This document shows positions 45,198 to 62,500 of a DNA stretch of 64,000 nucleotides, one piece after another; position 1 is the first letter of the stretch; each line of letters begins with the position of its first letter. The translations under genes were made by a program, and so were the position numbers. The stretch lies in NCBI RefSeq assembly GCF_009914755.1, contig NC_060934.1. One strand, 5' to 3'. This stretch comes from the human T2T-CHM13v2.0 reference genome, Homo sapiens. Under the pieces are notes generated by a model, which saw only the letters and a program-made list of their open reading frames with translations, did not search any database and was not told the origin of the DNA.

Positions 45198-45609
45198 TGA
45201 TTTAGGCCGTTCTTGCATTGCTATAAAGAAATACTTGAGATTTAGTCATTTATAAGAAAAGAGGTTTAATTGGCTCATGGTTCTGCAGGCTGTACAGGAA
45301 GCATAGCACTGGCATCTGCTTCTGTGGAGGCCTCAGGAAGCTTCCAGTCATGGTGGAAGGTGAAGGAGGGGTAAACATCTCATGTGACAGAAGCAGTAGC
45401 AGGAAAGAGGAGGTGCCACACACTTTTAAACGACCAGATTTCATGTGAACTCAGAGCGAAAGCTCACTTATCACCAAGGGGATGGCCCAAGCCATTCATA
45501 AGGGATCTGTCTCCATAATCAAAACACCTCCCACCAGGCCCCACTTCCAACATTGGGGATTACATTTCAACATGAGATTTGAATGGGGACAAATATCTAA
45601 ACTGTATCC
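45198..45609 (-). mobile_element. MSTA-type MaLR solo LTR
   Basis: GCATTGCTATAAAGAAATAC...AAGAGGTTTAATTGGCTCATGGTTCTGCAGG...CAACATGAGATTTG; 5-bp TSD GATGG at 45193-45197 and 45610-45614. Confidence 0.93.
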
Positions 45610-45874
45610 GATGGAAATATGCTTTACAAAAAAAAATTTTTTAATCTCTACATGCACGAGATATACAACTGCAAGGAGAAAATGTACAAGTCGTAAGACT
45701 AAAACTAAAGGTAAAATATAATCAAAGAAAATATTTAAAAAACAAAATCACTAAAGGTCTATTCAACTTGATGATTTATATACCACGATATATTCTTCCT
45801 GTATATTTTTAAAATGCAAACATTTATGAAAAAGTCAGAGGTCTTATTGGTGAGTTTGTAAGTTAACATCTTAT

Positions 45875-46025
45875 TTAGTGAGTATCTATACAAATATCAG
45901 GACTCACCCCAGACAAGCAGAATCAAAATCTCTGTGGGTGAAGCCCAGGAATCTGCACCTTCATACATTCTCCTAATGGAGCTTATCCAGATAGTGAACA
46001 GAACCAACTCTGAGAAACCCTGCAG
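45875..46025. mobile_element. MER5-type hAT fragment
   Basis: GAATCAAAATCTCTGTGGGTGAAGCCCAGGAATCTGCA...CTCTGAGAAACCCTG. Confidence 0.75.
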
Positions 46026-46596
46026 CAGGATCTTCTAATCACATTGTTATCCCAAGAGAAAGCATGGCACCTCAATGAATGAATGAGCTGAAGAAGAATG
46101 GATCAGACAGCTGTTAGGCAAGTAGAGCTGTTTAACTGAAGCTGCAGGAAAGCTTGTCATTGCAGGGTAAGGACGCTGGTGCTGGTACTGGGATACACAC
46201 AATTTACACAAACTTGAGGAGAGGGGTGGGGGACGGGAAACTAATCCAGCACTTACATGAGTTCACTCCTTCAGCTCTCAGTAAGCCAAAACTATTTCAC
46301 CTGAGGATGAAAGGGCCCACACAAAAGACATGTACACATGTCTTTTTCTCACCTCCTCTTTTCTTTATCCCCTTCTCTATGCCCACATCGACCTCTAATT
46401 AATAAAATGACAAAATGTTCCCTCCCATCTCCAGCTATAGCTAGGATTCCTAATACAGAAAGTAACCTGAATGCTTTTAATAATCAGGTTGGAAATGAAT
46501 TTTTTAATTGCATAAATTGATTAAAATTGAAAGACATTGTTTAATCTTCTATCCCAAGAGAATTCATCAAGCTGCCTGCAACAAAGACCACTTTTA

Positions 46597-46735
46597 GATT
46601 GGGTGCAGTGGTTCATGCCTTTAATCCCAACCCTTTGGGAGGCTGAGGCGGAGAATCACTTGAGCCCAGGAGTTTGAGGCTGTAGTGCACTATGATTGCA
46701 CCACTGCACAACCTGGACAACAGGGTGAAACCCTT
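46597..46735 (+). mobile_element. Monomeric Alu (FAM/FRAM-like or recombined monomer)
   Basis: Single ~140-bp arm GGGTGCAGTGGTTCATGCC...GAGCCCAGGAGTTTGAGGCTGTAGTGCACTATGATTGCACCACTGCAC, no A tail. Confidence 0.85.
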
Positions 46736-48438
46736 TCAAGGGGTAAGCTGCTTGCTCGCTGTGGTCATTAAAAACCCTAGAAGCTGGTAGGATAATAGGT
46801 GTGCCTGCACTTCTCCAAGCATGAATTTTCAGTCCTTTACTTAAAACTTGCTCCATGCATTGTAGTCAAGCTGACTCTTTATACCTTTAAAATGTGCCCA
46901 AAAGGTGCACCCAACCAAGTCATTCACAGATAAAAAACGTGTAACCAGTAGTAAAATGATACAGCTGGTCCAGACAAGAACTCCACCATTTCAACTTCCA
47001 TCATGTTTTGTGCCTGTGTGCCCATGGCTAGAGTTAGGGTTGCTTTTTAAGACCTCAGCAGCTATTCTCATCCCTCCTTTGGAACACAACTGTCCGTAAG
47101 ATGCCACTGGGGGTGGAGCCAAAATGGCCCACTAGAAACAGCAGCAATTGGTGGCTCCCATTGAAAAAAATAAAAAAGCATAATAAGCATGTGAATCCTT
47201 CACCAGCAACCAAGGTATCCAGGTTCGCTCATCGAAATTGACTAGAAGGCTTGCGTGACCCACGGAGAGAAGGAAGAGCAGTGTGGTGTGGTGGCCCACC
47301 TGAGAGCCACACAAGGAAGGGGAACCCCCTCCCCCAAGCCAAGGGAGGCAGTGAGTGAGAGTGCTACCCAGCCCAGGAAACTGTGCTTTTCCCACAGAAC
47401 TGTGCAACCCACAGATCCGAAGATCCCACTTGCTAAACCACACCACCGGGGCCGAGGATCCCAACCCCAGAACATGCAGATTCTTACAGCCTCTCAGCTG
47501 GAATCTGCTTAAGCCTACAAAACTCCCAGCAGGAGGGGCAACCAGCACCAAGGCTGCCTGCTGTCTAAGCCATTTGAGCTCTTTGGGGGAGGGGCAGCAG
47601 CCAGCACTGGGACTCACAACTGTCTAACACACTAAGCTCCCTGGGCAGGGGAAGGGGGGCACACATTTCTATAGCTCCAGGCTGTGCTATTCCCCTGCTG
47701 GAGCCAGGGAGGGTGGACAGCTTGGTCCCAAGACTTGTCCCCAGAGCCCACATACCTGCTGTGGCAGTGTGTGACCAGAATACCTCTTCAGGCCTAACCC
47801 TGACCCATCCTTCCTCAGTGGGCAGGGCTTCCCCGCAGGATCTCCAATAATTCCAGCCAGAAGCTCAGGGACAGAATTCAGATCTCCCTGAGCCTGAGCC
47901 CGTAGGGGAAGGGGTGGCTGCAGTCTCTGCAGACCAGCAGACTTAGCCTCTCCTCCTGGTAGTTCTGAGGAATCCAGGCAGCCCAGAGGAGTGGGTTTTT
48001 CCCCAGTGAAACACACTCTTTCCACCAAGGAACAAAGTGCTTTGTTAAATGGATCCTGCTCCCTGTGTCATCCAACTGGGTGAGACGCTCCAACAGGGGT
48101 TGTCAGACACCCTGTACAGGACCAATCCTACTAGCATCAGGTTGGTGCCTCTCAATGTCAGAGGCCCCAGAATAAGGAGCAGGCACCCATCTTTGCTGCT
48201 CTCCAGCCTCCCTGAGTGACATCTCAAGGCACAGGAGCAAATCAGATGAATAGGGCCTGAAGCAAACCCCCAGCAAACTGTAGCAGCCCTACAGAAGAGG
48301 GAGCCGACTATTGAAAGAAAAACCAACAAGCAGAAAGCGACAACAGCATCAACAACAATCACAACAAAAAAGGCCCCCACAAAAACCCCATCCAAGTGTC
48401 AGCAGCCTCAAAGACGGAAACTAGACAAACTCACGAAG

Positions 48439-49445
48439 ATGAGAAAGAATCAAGTAAAAAATGCTGAAAACCCAAAAGGTCAAAGTGCCTCTTCTCCTCC
48501 AAAGGGTCACAACATCTCTCCATCAAGGGTGCAGAACTGCACAGAGGATCAGATGGACAAATTGACAGAAGTAGGCTTCAGAAGATAGGTAATAAAACAC
48601 TAAGATGAGCCAAAGGAGCATGTTCTAACCCAAAGCAAAGAAGCTAAGAACCTGGATAAAAGATTAGAGGAATTGCTAACTAGAATAACTAGTTTAGAGA
48701 GGAACATAAATGACCTGATGGAGATAAAAAGCACAGCATGAGAACTTCATTTAGCATACACAAGTATCAACACTGAATCGACCAAGCAGAAGAAAGAATA
48801 TCAGAGTTTGAAGACCACCTTACTGATATAAGACATGCAGACAAGAATAGAGAAGAAAGAATGAAAAGGAATGAATAAAACCTCCAAGAAATATGGGACT
48901 TCATAAAAAGACCAAACCTACAATTAATTGGAATACCAGAAGGAGATGGGGAGAATGGAAACAAGCTGGAAAACACATTTCAGAATATTATCCAGGAGAA
49001 CTTCCCCAACATGAAAATTCAGGAAATACAGAGAACACCATTAAGATGCTCCATGAGAAAAACAACCCCAAGACACATAATCATCAGATTCTCCAAGGTC
49101 AAAATGAAGGAAAAACTGTTAAGGGCAGCCAGAGAGAAAGGCCAGGTCACCTACAAAGGGAAGCTCATCAGACTAACAGTGGACCCCTCAGCAGAAACTC
49201 TACAAGCCAGAAGAGATTGGGGGCCCATATTCAACATTCTTAAAGAAAAGAATTTTCAACTCAGAATTTCATATCCAACCAAACTATCCTTCATAAGTGA
49301 AGGAAAAATAAAATCCTTTCCAGACAAGCAAATGCTGAGGGATTTTGTTACCGCCAGACCTGCCCTGCAAGAACTCCTGGAAGAAGTCCTAAATAAGAAA
49401 AGGAAAAGCTGGTACCAGACACTGCAAAAACACACCAAAATATAA
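48439..49445 (+). pseudogene. L1 ORF1p, disrupted
   Basis: TPRHIIIRFSKVKMKEK...QARRDWGPIFNILKEK; upstream part broken by stops and frameshifts. Confidence 0.92.
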
Positions 49446-49508
49446 AGACCAATGACACCATGAAGAAACTGCATCAACTAATGTGCAAAATAACCATATA
49501 GCATCATA

Positions 49509-53246
<3,738 letters not shown>

Positions 53247-53250
<4 letters not shown>

Positions 53251-53320
53251 TTGCTGTGAGCCGAGATTGCGCCATTGCTCTCCAGTCTGGGCAACAGACT
53301 GGTCTCAAAAAAAAAAAAAA
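53247..53320 (+). mobile_element. Alu right-arm 3' remnant with A tail
   Basis: GTTGCTGTGAGCCGAGATTGCGCCATTGCTCTCCAGTCTGGGCAACAGACTGGTCTC followed by A14. Confidence 0.93.
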
Positions 53321-54914
53321 CCCAACAACATATAAAGAATACGTATTCAAATTTGGAACATACCTGGAAATACATGAATGAGCCACCAAATAGCTACTGA
53401 GCCTCTCCAAAGCTGGGCAGCTCCAATGAGAGTGCACTAGTGTTCCTTATGGTATTGCAAGCAACCTCTGAAAGCCCTGGCTCTGTGTCCCCTGTCCTCT
53501 TCCCCCTCAACTTTTTTCTCCTGCACCTCAACACAGAGACAGAGGACCTTTTCTCTACTTCACTTTGGTTGAGCTCACAAGCCAAAAAAGATCCATTCCT
53601 GTACTTTTAAGGCTGCAGAGAATTTTCCCACACAGTCTCACAGTTTCCAAACTCAAATAACAGACTCAATGACGGTTCTAAATTCCTTTTCACAATTCCC
53701 TATGTGAAGGAAAGTGACACCTCTTCATATCACAGACCAGAAGCTATGTTGTTGAGCCTTGAGGTTTCTTAGTCAGATAAGCAAATTAAATTCTAACAGT
53801 AGCTCTGAGCTTATGGAGGGAGAGGAAGATCAAAATCATGTGATTTGATTTCAATGTCTTTGAAATGCAGTTCAAAGACCACCATATCAGAATCACCTGT
53901 AGGATGTTGAGACTCCCTGATCTAACTATTGAAGGTGATTAATAATGAGAATGTCAGAAGATAGATAATAGAAACTGTGCTCCATAAATCCTTTCCCTCC
54001 ACCCAAAGACATACACAATTATCTTTGAAGAAGATATCTCTATCAGCTCAATTGTGAGCTGGATAAACCCAGCCCCAAAACTCTTCCTGCCTTGCAAATG
54101 TGCACCCTGGAGAGGGGCTTCCCTCCAGGATCCTCTCTTCCTTTGGGCCTTCCTGGCTTCCTAGATGGATTCGTGTGGTTGAACTTATTTTTCTGACAGA
54201 TTTCCTTGTCCTTAACTATAAATAAATGCCTCTAGGCCAAATTGACTTTGATGATATAGTATGCATGGAAAAGAGAGAAAAAAACATCTCTAGGCCCTAA
54301 ACTTTATTGTACTGTCTCCTTTTTAAATTTTTTTTTAATTTTAAATTGGCAGGTAATATGGCTCTCAATAGCTTATCCATTTGTTTAAGATCATTAAAAG
54401 AAAAAAAATGGCCAATATTAAATCCTGGGCATAAACATGACCAAAAAATAGATGAATGCTGACACTCATTTATAATACTGTAGTATTCTGTATAATGTAA
54501 GTTTTTCAATCTTAAGCAGGAGACATTTGATGACTCTAATAGTGTTCTCTTTACAGCTTTTACTCCCTTTCTGTTTCAAAACTGCTGATTTTTTTAAAAT
54601 CCCAGGCTTTCTTATAGTTGCATTGCAACACAATTCTCTAAGTTTCAAAGTCAGGATCCACTTGGATGATGCTTGGTTCGTTGTATGGGCACTCACAGCT
54701 GGTGGCAAACAGGGCAGTCAAAGACTCACGGAAGAACAGCATTGGAATGCCTGCTCCCTGCTCTCTGCGGAAAGTCTCCACCACAGATATGCAAGAGGTA
54801 GTGCTTTGGCTCTAACTCTCTAAGAATTTGTCTTAATGATAATAATCTTATATATCACAGCATAAAAATTAAGAAATTTCTAGTCACATACAACCAAATC
54901 TCACTCCCATCACT

Positions 54915-55095
54915 CCATAGTTGTGAAATCTGGGGCACTTACTTGACTTCTGTGAGCCTCAGTTTCTTCATCTGTAGACTATAAGTGACACCAATACCCA
55001 CCTCACAGAGTCCTGGTGAATATAAAACAACATAAAGCTTGTGTTTAGCAGAAAGCCTGGCACAGACCATGTACTCTGTAAATGGTGATTACAGC
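54915..55095 (+). mobile_element. MIR
   Basis: TTACTTGACTTCTGTGAGCCTCAGTTTCTTCATCTGTAG...GCCTGGCACAG...CTGTAAATGG. Confidence 0.88.
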
Positions 55096-55869
55096 CATGC
55101 AGCTGTCTGTGTTCTCCTTCTTCTTCTTCTCACTGCCTCTTGCCATTGTGAAAACACAGAAGTGCCTTTGGCTCCACAGGTAACCCAGACCAAAGGCAGA
55201 GGGAATCCTGCTGTTTGACACTTCAAAATCCACCTGAGACTCGCCCTGTGGTCCATAACTAGCTTCCTGACATTTCCAGGGCCTCCTCTTCTCACCTTTC
55301 CACCCAGTGGACACCTGCATTGGCTTTTTAACTCATCTTTATTTCTATAACTTAGTGATCCCCATGATGAAAGCCCATTTAGAAAATAATAGTGTTTAAA
55401 AATTATTTATCACACGTAAAGTATAAAGACTGAAGTATAAAGTTTCATGAAGAAACTTTAAAGTTACCAACTTAGAAGTAATGATCTGTTTGACAACACT
55501 GAAGAAAAATATACGTTTTTCAAAGGGTCAAAGGAGAAAAAAATGATAATATGAGGAAAAGATATAAGGGATTTGTTTGAGGGATGAAAATATGAAGAGG
55601 ACTTGTGAATTTAAAAGTGACTGCAGTCTTTTGTTCAGTATTTCTATGAAAATATAGACATTTAGTACCTTTGTTGGCATGCCTTACAGGATCTATAAAA
55701 CAGTGTCTCTACATAAAATGTTCTCTGATTTCATTTGGATAGAGCTGTACTTATTAATTATAATATCGAGTAAATACTATATTTCTAAAATATGGTACCA
55801 ATAATGATACTTAATTTCAAAAATCATTGGAAAAGCTTTCACATGTGAGGAAAGCCATGCTCCTCTCTA

Positions 55870-56350
55870 TACACATGACAGTCTACAAACTGTTCCAACA
55901 ATAATTCATAATGGCTTATTCATACTATCCAAAAATTAGAGACAACCCAAATCAACAGTCCATCAACTGGCAAATGGATAAACAAAGTGTGGTATATTTA
56001 GCAATAAAAGGAAAAAGATACAGATAAATCCTATAATATGGATGAAACTCCAAAACACTGTTAAGTGAAAGAAGTGAGACACAAAAGAGCAAACACTCCA
56101 TTTGTAGATTGTATTTATATGAAATATCCAGAAAAGGCAAATCTACAGAGGTCTGTAAATTAGTGGCTGTCTGGAGGTGGGAATGGCAATGAGTATTAAT
56201 TGCAACTTAACACAAGGAATCTTATTGGGATGATATAAATGTTCTAGACCTTACTTTGATTGTGGTAATGGTTGCACCATTTAATAAAGGTCATGGAATT
56301 GTATACTTTATGGAATGTAAATTATACCTCAATAAAGTTTTTTTTTGAAA
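55870..56350 (+). mobile_element. Old L1M 3' end
   Basis: GTCCATCAACTGGCAAATGGATAAACAAAGTGTGG...AAAAGGCAAATCTACAG...ATTATACCTCAATAAAG. Confidence 0.87.
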
Positions 56351-57189
56351 AAAGAACACCCTTTATGAATATGTCCCTATGACTTGGACAGGTTGTGTCT
56401 TGAAAGGCAATATATTAATAAAACAAAACTTACCAGACTTCACTCACTGACATCAGAAGTTTCCGTAATTATTAGTTTCTGGGCATCTATGGCTTGATTC
56501 CGACATCGTCTTCTCCATCTGCTGATCAACATTCCACAGAAAAATTCACCCTCTTGTGTATACAAATCTGCCCAGCACCTCTTTTTCTCTTCTTTGCTTC
56601 CTCCCTAACAACATTCCAAATCACGTTTTTGTACACCCTGACAAATAGCCCTAGGGTTTCATGACACCAAAAAGAGATCTGGAAATTTAGTGTATGTACA
56701 TCTCAAAGAGATCAAAATATAAAGCTGCTCACATATTCATTGCTCTCTTCTCCTAAATCTATTAATTCTCAGCCCCAGTGTGATTTGCAATGTCAGATTT
56801 CTTTTAAATCACTTGCTTTCCCTCTAGGATTTCCCTATTTCAACAGATGTTGCCCTCCATTTCTATTTAATACCTTCCTTTGCACATTGCTTTCTCTAAG
56901 ATCATGAGCTCATAGATAACATGGCATAAAGTCAAATGTGGTCCCCTCTTTCACTGAATAATGCAAAGGTTGAAGTCCCGTCTACATTACTCTAAAGGTG
57001 CCCCAGACACTCTCTGTGACTCAAAGGGCATTGCCTCTTTTCCTCTGGGAATGTCATTCCAGCTACAGTAAATAAAAGAAAATCAATATGAGTGTCTATG
57101 ATCACCTTCTGAAGTCAAAGCATTTAAAGGAAGCTGTCATCAGTGCTGTCCGCAGCCCTCAGGGGTAAAGGAGGTACATTCATAGATCA

Positions 57190-57410
57190 GAGCCAGCTGG
57201 AGGCTCATGAATGCTGAGTAGAGGGATAAGGTCATGCAGTTCTCCACCCTTTCTTCCTGACCCCATCATGTCAGTGAGCAACTTCAGGAGATACTGATGA
57301 TAGTGGTCACATCAAACAACTACTCTTCTCAACCCTACCTAATGGGACAGTGGAGTCTCATTGCCTTTGTCATGGTGTTGCCTTTTTAGATGAGGTACTA
57401 AATCAAACAG
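57190..57410 (+). mobile_element. Probable MamSINE1 (ancient Deu-domain SINE)
   Basis: CAGGAGATACTGATGATAGTGGTCACA...CTCTTC...CATGGTGTTGCCTTTTTAGATGAGGTACTAAATC matches my recollection of the MamSINE1/AmnSINE1 core after CpG decay; not verified by alignment. Confidence 0.55.
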
Positions 57411-58208
57411 GAAGAGCCAAAGCCACCAGTTGCTGATTCTTTTGATACTATAACACTGTTAGAGTCCAGTGCTTGACAGGTGGCTGGGGTAGGTCTCAGC
57501 TCCATCTTCACTGCCATTAACTAGACCCCTCCACCCCCAAACACCTAGATACACACATGCACACACCTGTGTTCCAAAGATCCAGGACAGGGAGCTCTCA
57601 CTGCAGTGAGGACAACAGCCCCACAGCTCTCCACACAACCTCCACGGTAAACTTTGAAAACAGATGTGTCACTCCAGCTTCCCTGACTCAGACTGAAGTC
57701 AAACCTTCACACTGTGCCCTGTGCACTCCTGGTGATCTATCTACTAGCTCTCAGACCAGGGTAACTTCTGAAAGTATTGAGAAAGGGCAACAAAAGTGAG
57801 TGATCTGTTACCTTCCTACGTGGCTACATCCTGAGAGATTTGTCCTGGAAGGTGTTAAGCAGGCCCTCAAGCATTAAGTCCCCATTAGTCTCTCCTCCTG
57901 CAACCTATGTGTGTTCCTTATTCATATCCAGGATAAGCCTAATATTTTTTTCTAACTTGAATTTTCCCTAACATGTAGAAAATAAGCAACAACTCCGGGA
58001 CTGAAATAAAACTTAATTCACATCTAAAAGAAGCATAATTTCTTCCTTGAGAAAATGCATAATTTTCACTCTGATAGTTCTAGCATTTGATTTTTTTTGC
58101 ACCTTTTATCCCAATATCTTAATTTTTAAACCAGCCTGGCCCAGAGAAGCACATGACATGAAAGCAAAGCAAGCTCCTTATGGACCTAAGCAATCAACAT
58201 GCTGTGGA

Positions 58209-58272
58209 GGGGGCAGTGCTGCCCCCACGCTGCCCCCCCAACTACCCCCCCGAACCCCCAACCCCCACCCCC
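58209..58272 (-). other. G-quadruplex (minus strand) / i-motif (plus strand) tract
   Basis: Six C-runs of 5-7 nt starting at 58222, 58233, 58245, 58255, 58262 and 58268, loops of 1-6 nt. Confidence 0.8.
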
Positions 58273-58814
58273 TCGTCCCTTGCTGCTGAGTGAAATTCTG
58301 CTCCCTGCTCCCAGCTCATTTTCATCCCGTCCCACAAGCTCCCAGGTATATAGTTTCTTCTTCTGTAAGTGCCTCAGTCTGCCTCAGAGAAACATAGATA
58401 TTTTTGTATACCTGGTGAGAAAGTGGGTTAGAAAGAGAACTCCTGGAAGAGAACTCACAGATAGCACAGATCAGGCTATCACTAAGCCCTAAGAATCCAG
58501 ACTACAAGAGCCAGTGCCCAGTGGGAGACTTGGAGCCTTGGGACAAGATTAGGTCCTTCTGAGGAAGCCACAGTAGTGACACCTGGATCAGCAGGGCCCA
58601 GGGAGCATTATATGTCATCTACCCAGGTCCATTCATGAGCACACGAGACTCTCCTTGGGAAACCAAAAATAGTTCAGAGTGCCGTCAGCATAATTAGGTC
58701 TGATGGGAGATGCAGGGACAAGGGACAGTGATATGTGTGATTGTGACCCAACTCAACAGGCAGGCTGGTTTATCTTGGGGAAGCCAGGGCTACATTTAGG
58801 ATAAAGCCATTGGA

Positions 58815-59000
58815 CCTAGTTCTACAGTTCCTAATCCAACCAGTGCCACAGAGTCTCTTAAGCAGTGTATAACTGCAAATATCCAATACCAGCAGTCAAA
58901 AAAAAAAATTCTGATTCAATAGGTTCAGATTAGGTATCTGTATTCTTATCAAGTTTCACAGGTGATTCTTACAGACTGCTAGGGCTTAGACTCATTGAAC
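58815..59000. mobile_element. MER5-type hAT fragment
   Basis: ATTCTGATTCAATAGG...TATCTGTATTCTTATCAAGTTTCACAGGTGATTCT. Confidence 0.7.
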
Positions 59001-59564
59001 TAATGTTTTTGTGTGTTTGTCTGTTTTACAAATTTTTATTTGCTGTTTGCCTATTTGTTTATCTATTTTAAATTGTTTTCAATGATCCAGTATCTACATT
59101 CAGGGCCCATCATGGTTTACCTCTAACTTTCAATTTTATATCATTTTTGGAAAGTGCCTTGAAAGGCTGAAAGCCCATTGTGTGAAAGTTCATGACCTTG
59201 ACTATCCCTATGTAAGGAAAACCCCCTGAGGTAAGTACAGACACATTATTTCCCTCGTTAAATGTGTCTCATTTCTTACCACCATGAATGGTATCTCTGT
59301 ATATGAATTTATTTTTATTCTTCACTATTCCCAAACATTTAGTTAAACAATCCCATTCAGCGACTAATTTTAGACAGAATTCTCAAAAGAAGATAAACAA
59401 GAACATATTGAGTAATGAAATCCCACTGTGGCCAAGTTAACTGGTGGATATCTGCCAATGCTTGGTTCTGATGCCCAGCCCCATACACTCCTTACAGTCA
59501 ATCCCACAGAATTCATCGGAAGAAGACTTCAATGAAAGGGAGCCAAGTTAAGGAAATGGGAGAT

Positions 59565-62500
59565 CTGAACCATGCCTTATTCAGAGAAAAATCAATCCAA
59601 AGAGAGAATAGGAAAGAAATAAAAGAAATAACAAAGACTAGAGCATAAATAAACATAATCAAAAATATAAAAACAATGGAGAAACCAACAAAGCTAAAAA
59701 TTGGTTCACTGACAAGGTCAACAAAACTGACAAACTAAGCTAGACTGACAAAGCAAAAAGGAAAGAAGATTCAAATTATAAAATTCAGGAATAAAGAGGG
59801 GACATGACATCACTACTGATCTTATGGAAATAAAAAGTATCATAAGAAAATACTATATACAGCAGTGCGTCAAGAAACTAAATAACTTACATGAAATGGA
59901 CAAATTTATAGAAAGATGTAAATTACTAAATCTGACTCAGGAAGAATTAGAACATCTGTAGTGATCGATAACAAGTAAAGAGATGAATCAGTAATTTAAG
60001 AACTTCCCATAAAGTAAAATTCAGGCCTGGATGGCTTCATAAATGAATTCTTATAAAATGTTCAAAGAAGAATTAATACCAATCCTTTGCAAACTTTTCC
60101 ACAAAATAGAAGATGAAGAAACACTTCTCAACTCATTCTACAAGGCCCATATTATCCTATTATTATTCTGATACCAAAGCTAAACAAAGCCATCATAAGA
60201 AGAAAAAATAAAAACCAATATAGATTCAAAGACTCTCAACAAAGTACTAGAAAACTAAACGCAGCAATATTTAAAAAGGATTATTCATTATGACCACAAG
60301 GGAATTATCTCAAGTAATGCATGGTTTGTTTAACACATGAAAGTGAATCAATATATGATACAACGTTAATGGAATAAAGGACAGAAACCACAGGATCATA
60401 TCAATTGATACAAATTTATTTTATAAAATCCAATGCCATTTCATGAGCATTATATTCAGTAACCTAAGAACAAAGGAGAACTTCCTTAATCTGAAAAGTG
60501 GCATCTATGTGAATAGTGAACATCATATTTAATGGTGAATGACTTAATGCTTTCCCCCTGAATTAGGAACCATTCAAGAATGTCCTCTTTATCAATTCTA
60601 TTTAACCTTGTATTGGGGGTTCTACAAGGAAAATTTGGCAATAAAAAGAAACAAAAGGCATCCAGATTATAAAGAGAAAAGTGAAACTATATTTGCATAT
60701 GATAGGTATATCACAGAAAATCAATTTAAATACTGTTAGTAGTACCAGTAATAAAATAAGTACTAATAAAAGCTAATTAATACTAATCAACTAATAGGTC
60801 CAGCAAGCCTGCATAATACAAGGTTAATATGGAAACATCAATTTTATTTGTACACACTAGCAATGAATATTTTGAAAATAAATTTTTTAATTCCATTTAC
60901 AATAGTATCAAAAAGAATAAAATTACTTAGGTATAAAATGAACAAAAGCCATGAAAGACTTATACGCTGAACATTATAAAGTATTATTGGAAGAAATTAA
61001 AGAAGAACTAAATAAGTGGAAAGGCATTCCATTTTTATGGATTAGAAGACTTAATATTGTTAACATGACAATACTTCCCAAATTGATCTGAGATTCAAAA
61101 CAATCCCTATCAAAACTCCAGCTGCCCTTTTTGCAGAAATTGACAAGCTTGTATAATATTGATAGAGAAATAAAAAGAATACAGTATAGCCAAAACAATC
61201 TTGAAAAAGAACAGAACTGGAAGACTGACATATCTCAATTTCAAAAACTACAATCTGATTAAGACAGTATAGTACTGTCATAAAATAGATATCCAGACCA
61301 ATGGCATCAAATGGTAGGATCCAGAAATAGACTCACTCATACATTTATGTTCAATTGATTTTTAACAAGAAAGCCCAGACAATTCAATAGAGAATCAATA
61401 ATCTTTTTAATAAATGGTACTGGTAAAACTGGATTTGTCTCATTAAAAAGAATAAAATTGAACCCCTACTCATACCATAATCAAAATTTAATTCAATGGC
61501 TTTTGTTAAAAAGTCAAAAACTTACAGATGTTGGCAAGGCTGTGGAGAAAACGGAACACTTACACACTGTTAGTGGAAATGTAAGTTAGTTTCATCACTG
61601 TGGAAAGCAGTTTGGAGATTTCTCAAAGAACTAAGAGTTAAACTACCATGCAACCCAACAATCCAACTACTGGGTATATATGCAAAGAAAAGTAAATTCT
61701 TCTACCAAAGTCACATGAACCCATATATCCATCACAGCATTATTCACAATGGTGAAGACATGGAATCAACCTAGGTGCCCATCAATGGTGGACTGGATTA
61801 ATAAAATGTGGTACATATACACTATGGGAATTCTACACAGCTATAGAAAAGAAAGAGATCATGTTGTTCACAGCTACATGGATGCAGCTAGAAACCACTG
61901 CCCTAAGCGAACTGACACAGGAACAAAAAACCAAATATCACATGTTCTCACTTATAATATAAGTGGGAGCTAATATTGGGTACACATGGTCATAAAAATG
62001 GGAATAGTAGACACTGGGGAATACAAAAGTGGGGAAAGAACGAGTAAGGATTGAAAAAAATTACCTATTGGGTACTATGCTCACTACCCCGGTGATGGAT
62101 TCATTCGTATTCCAGGCTTCGGCATCACACAATATCTTCGTGACAAACCTGCATTTCTATCCCCTAAGTCTAAAATAAAAGTTGAATAAAGAAAAAATAA
62201 TAAATAAAAACAGTTCAGAGGCCTAAATGTAAGAAATAAAAACTAGAAAACTCTTAAATGAAAACATAGGAGTAAATCTTCATTGGGCAATGGTTTCTTA
62301 TATATGATGCCAAAAACATAGCAACAAAAGAAAAAAATGTTATATTGGAGTATATCAAAATTGAAATGTTTTGTGCCACAAACAATATTATCATGAAAGT
62401 GAAAATACTCCCCACAGAATGGGATAAAGTATTTTCACATCGTATATCAAATAAGGAAATTGTTTTCAGAATATGTGAAGAATACTTAATCATAAAAAAG

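Noticed and set aside
54042-54065. Small hairpin TATCAGCTCA-ATTG-TGAGCTGGATA
   Set aside because: A 10-bp stem with a bulge is expected occasionally by chance
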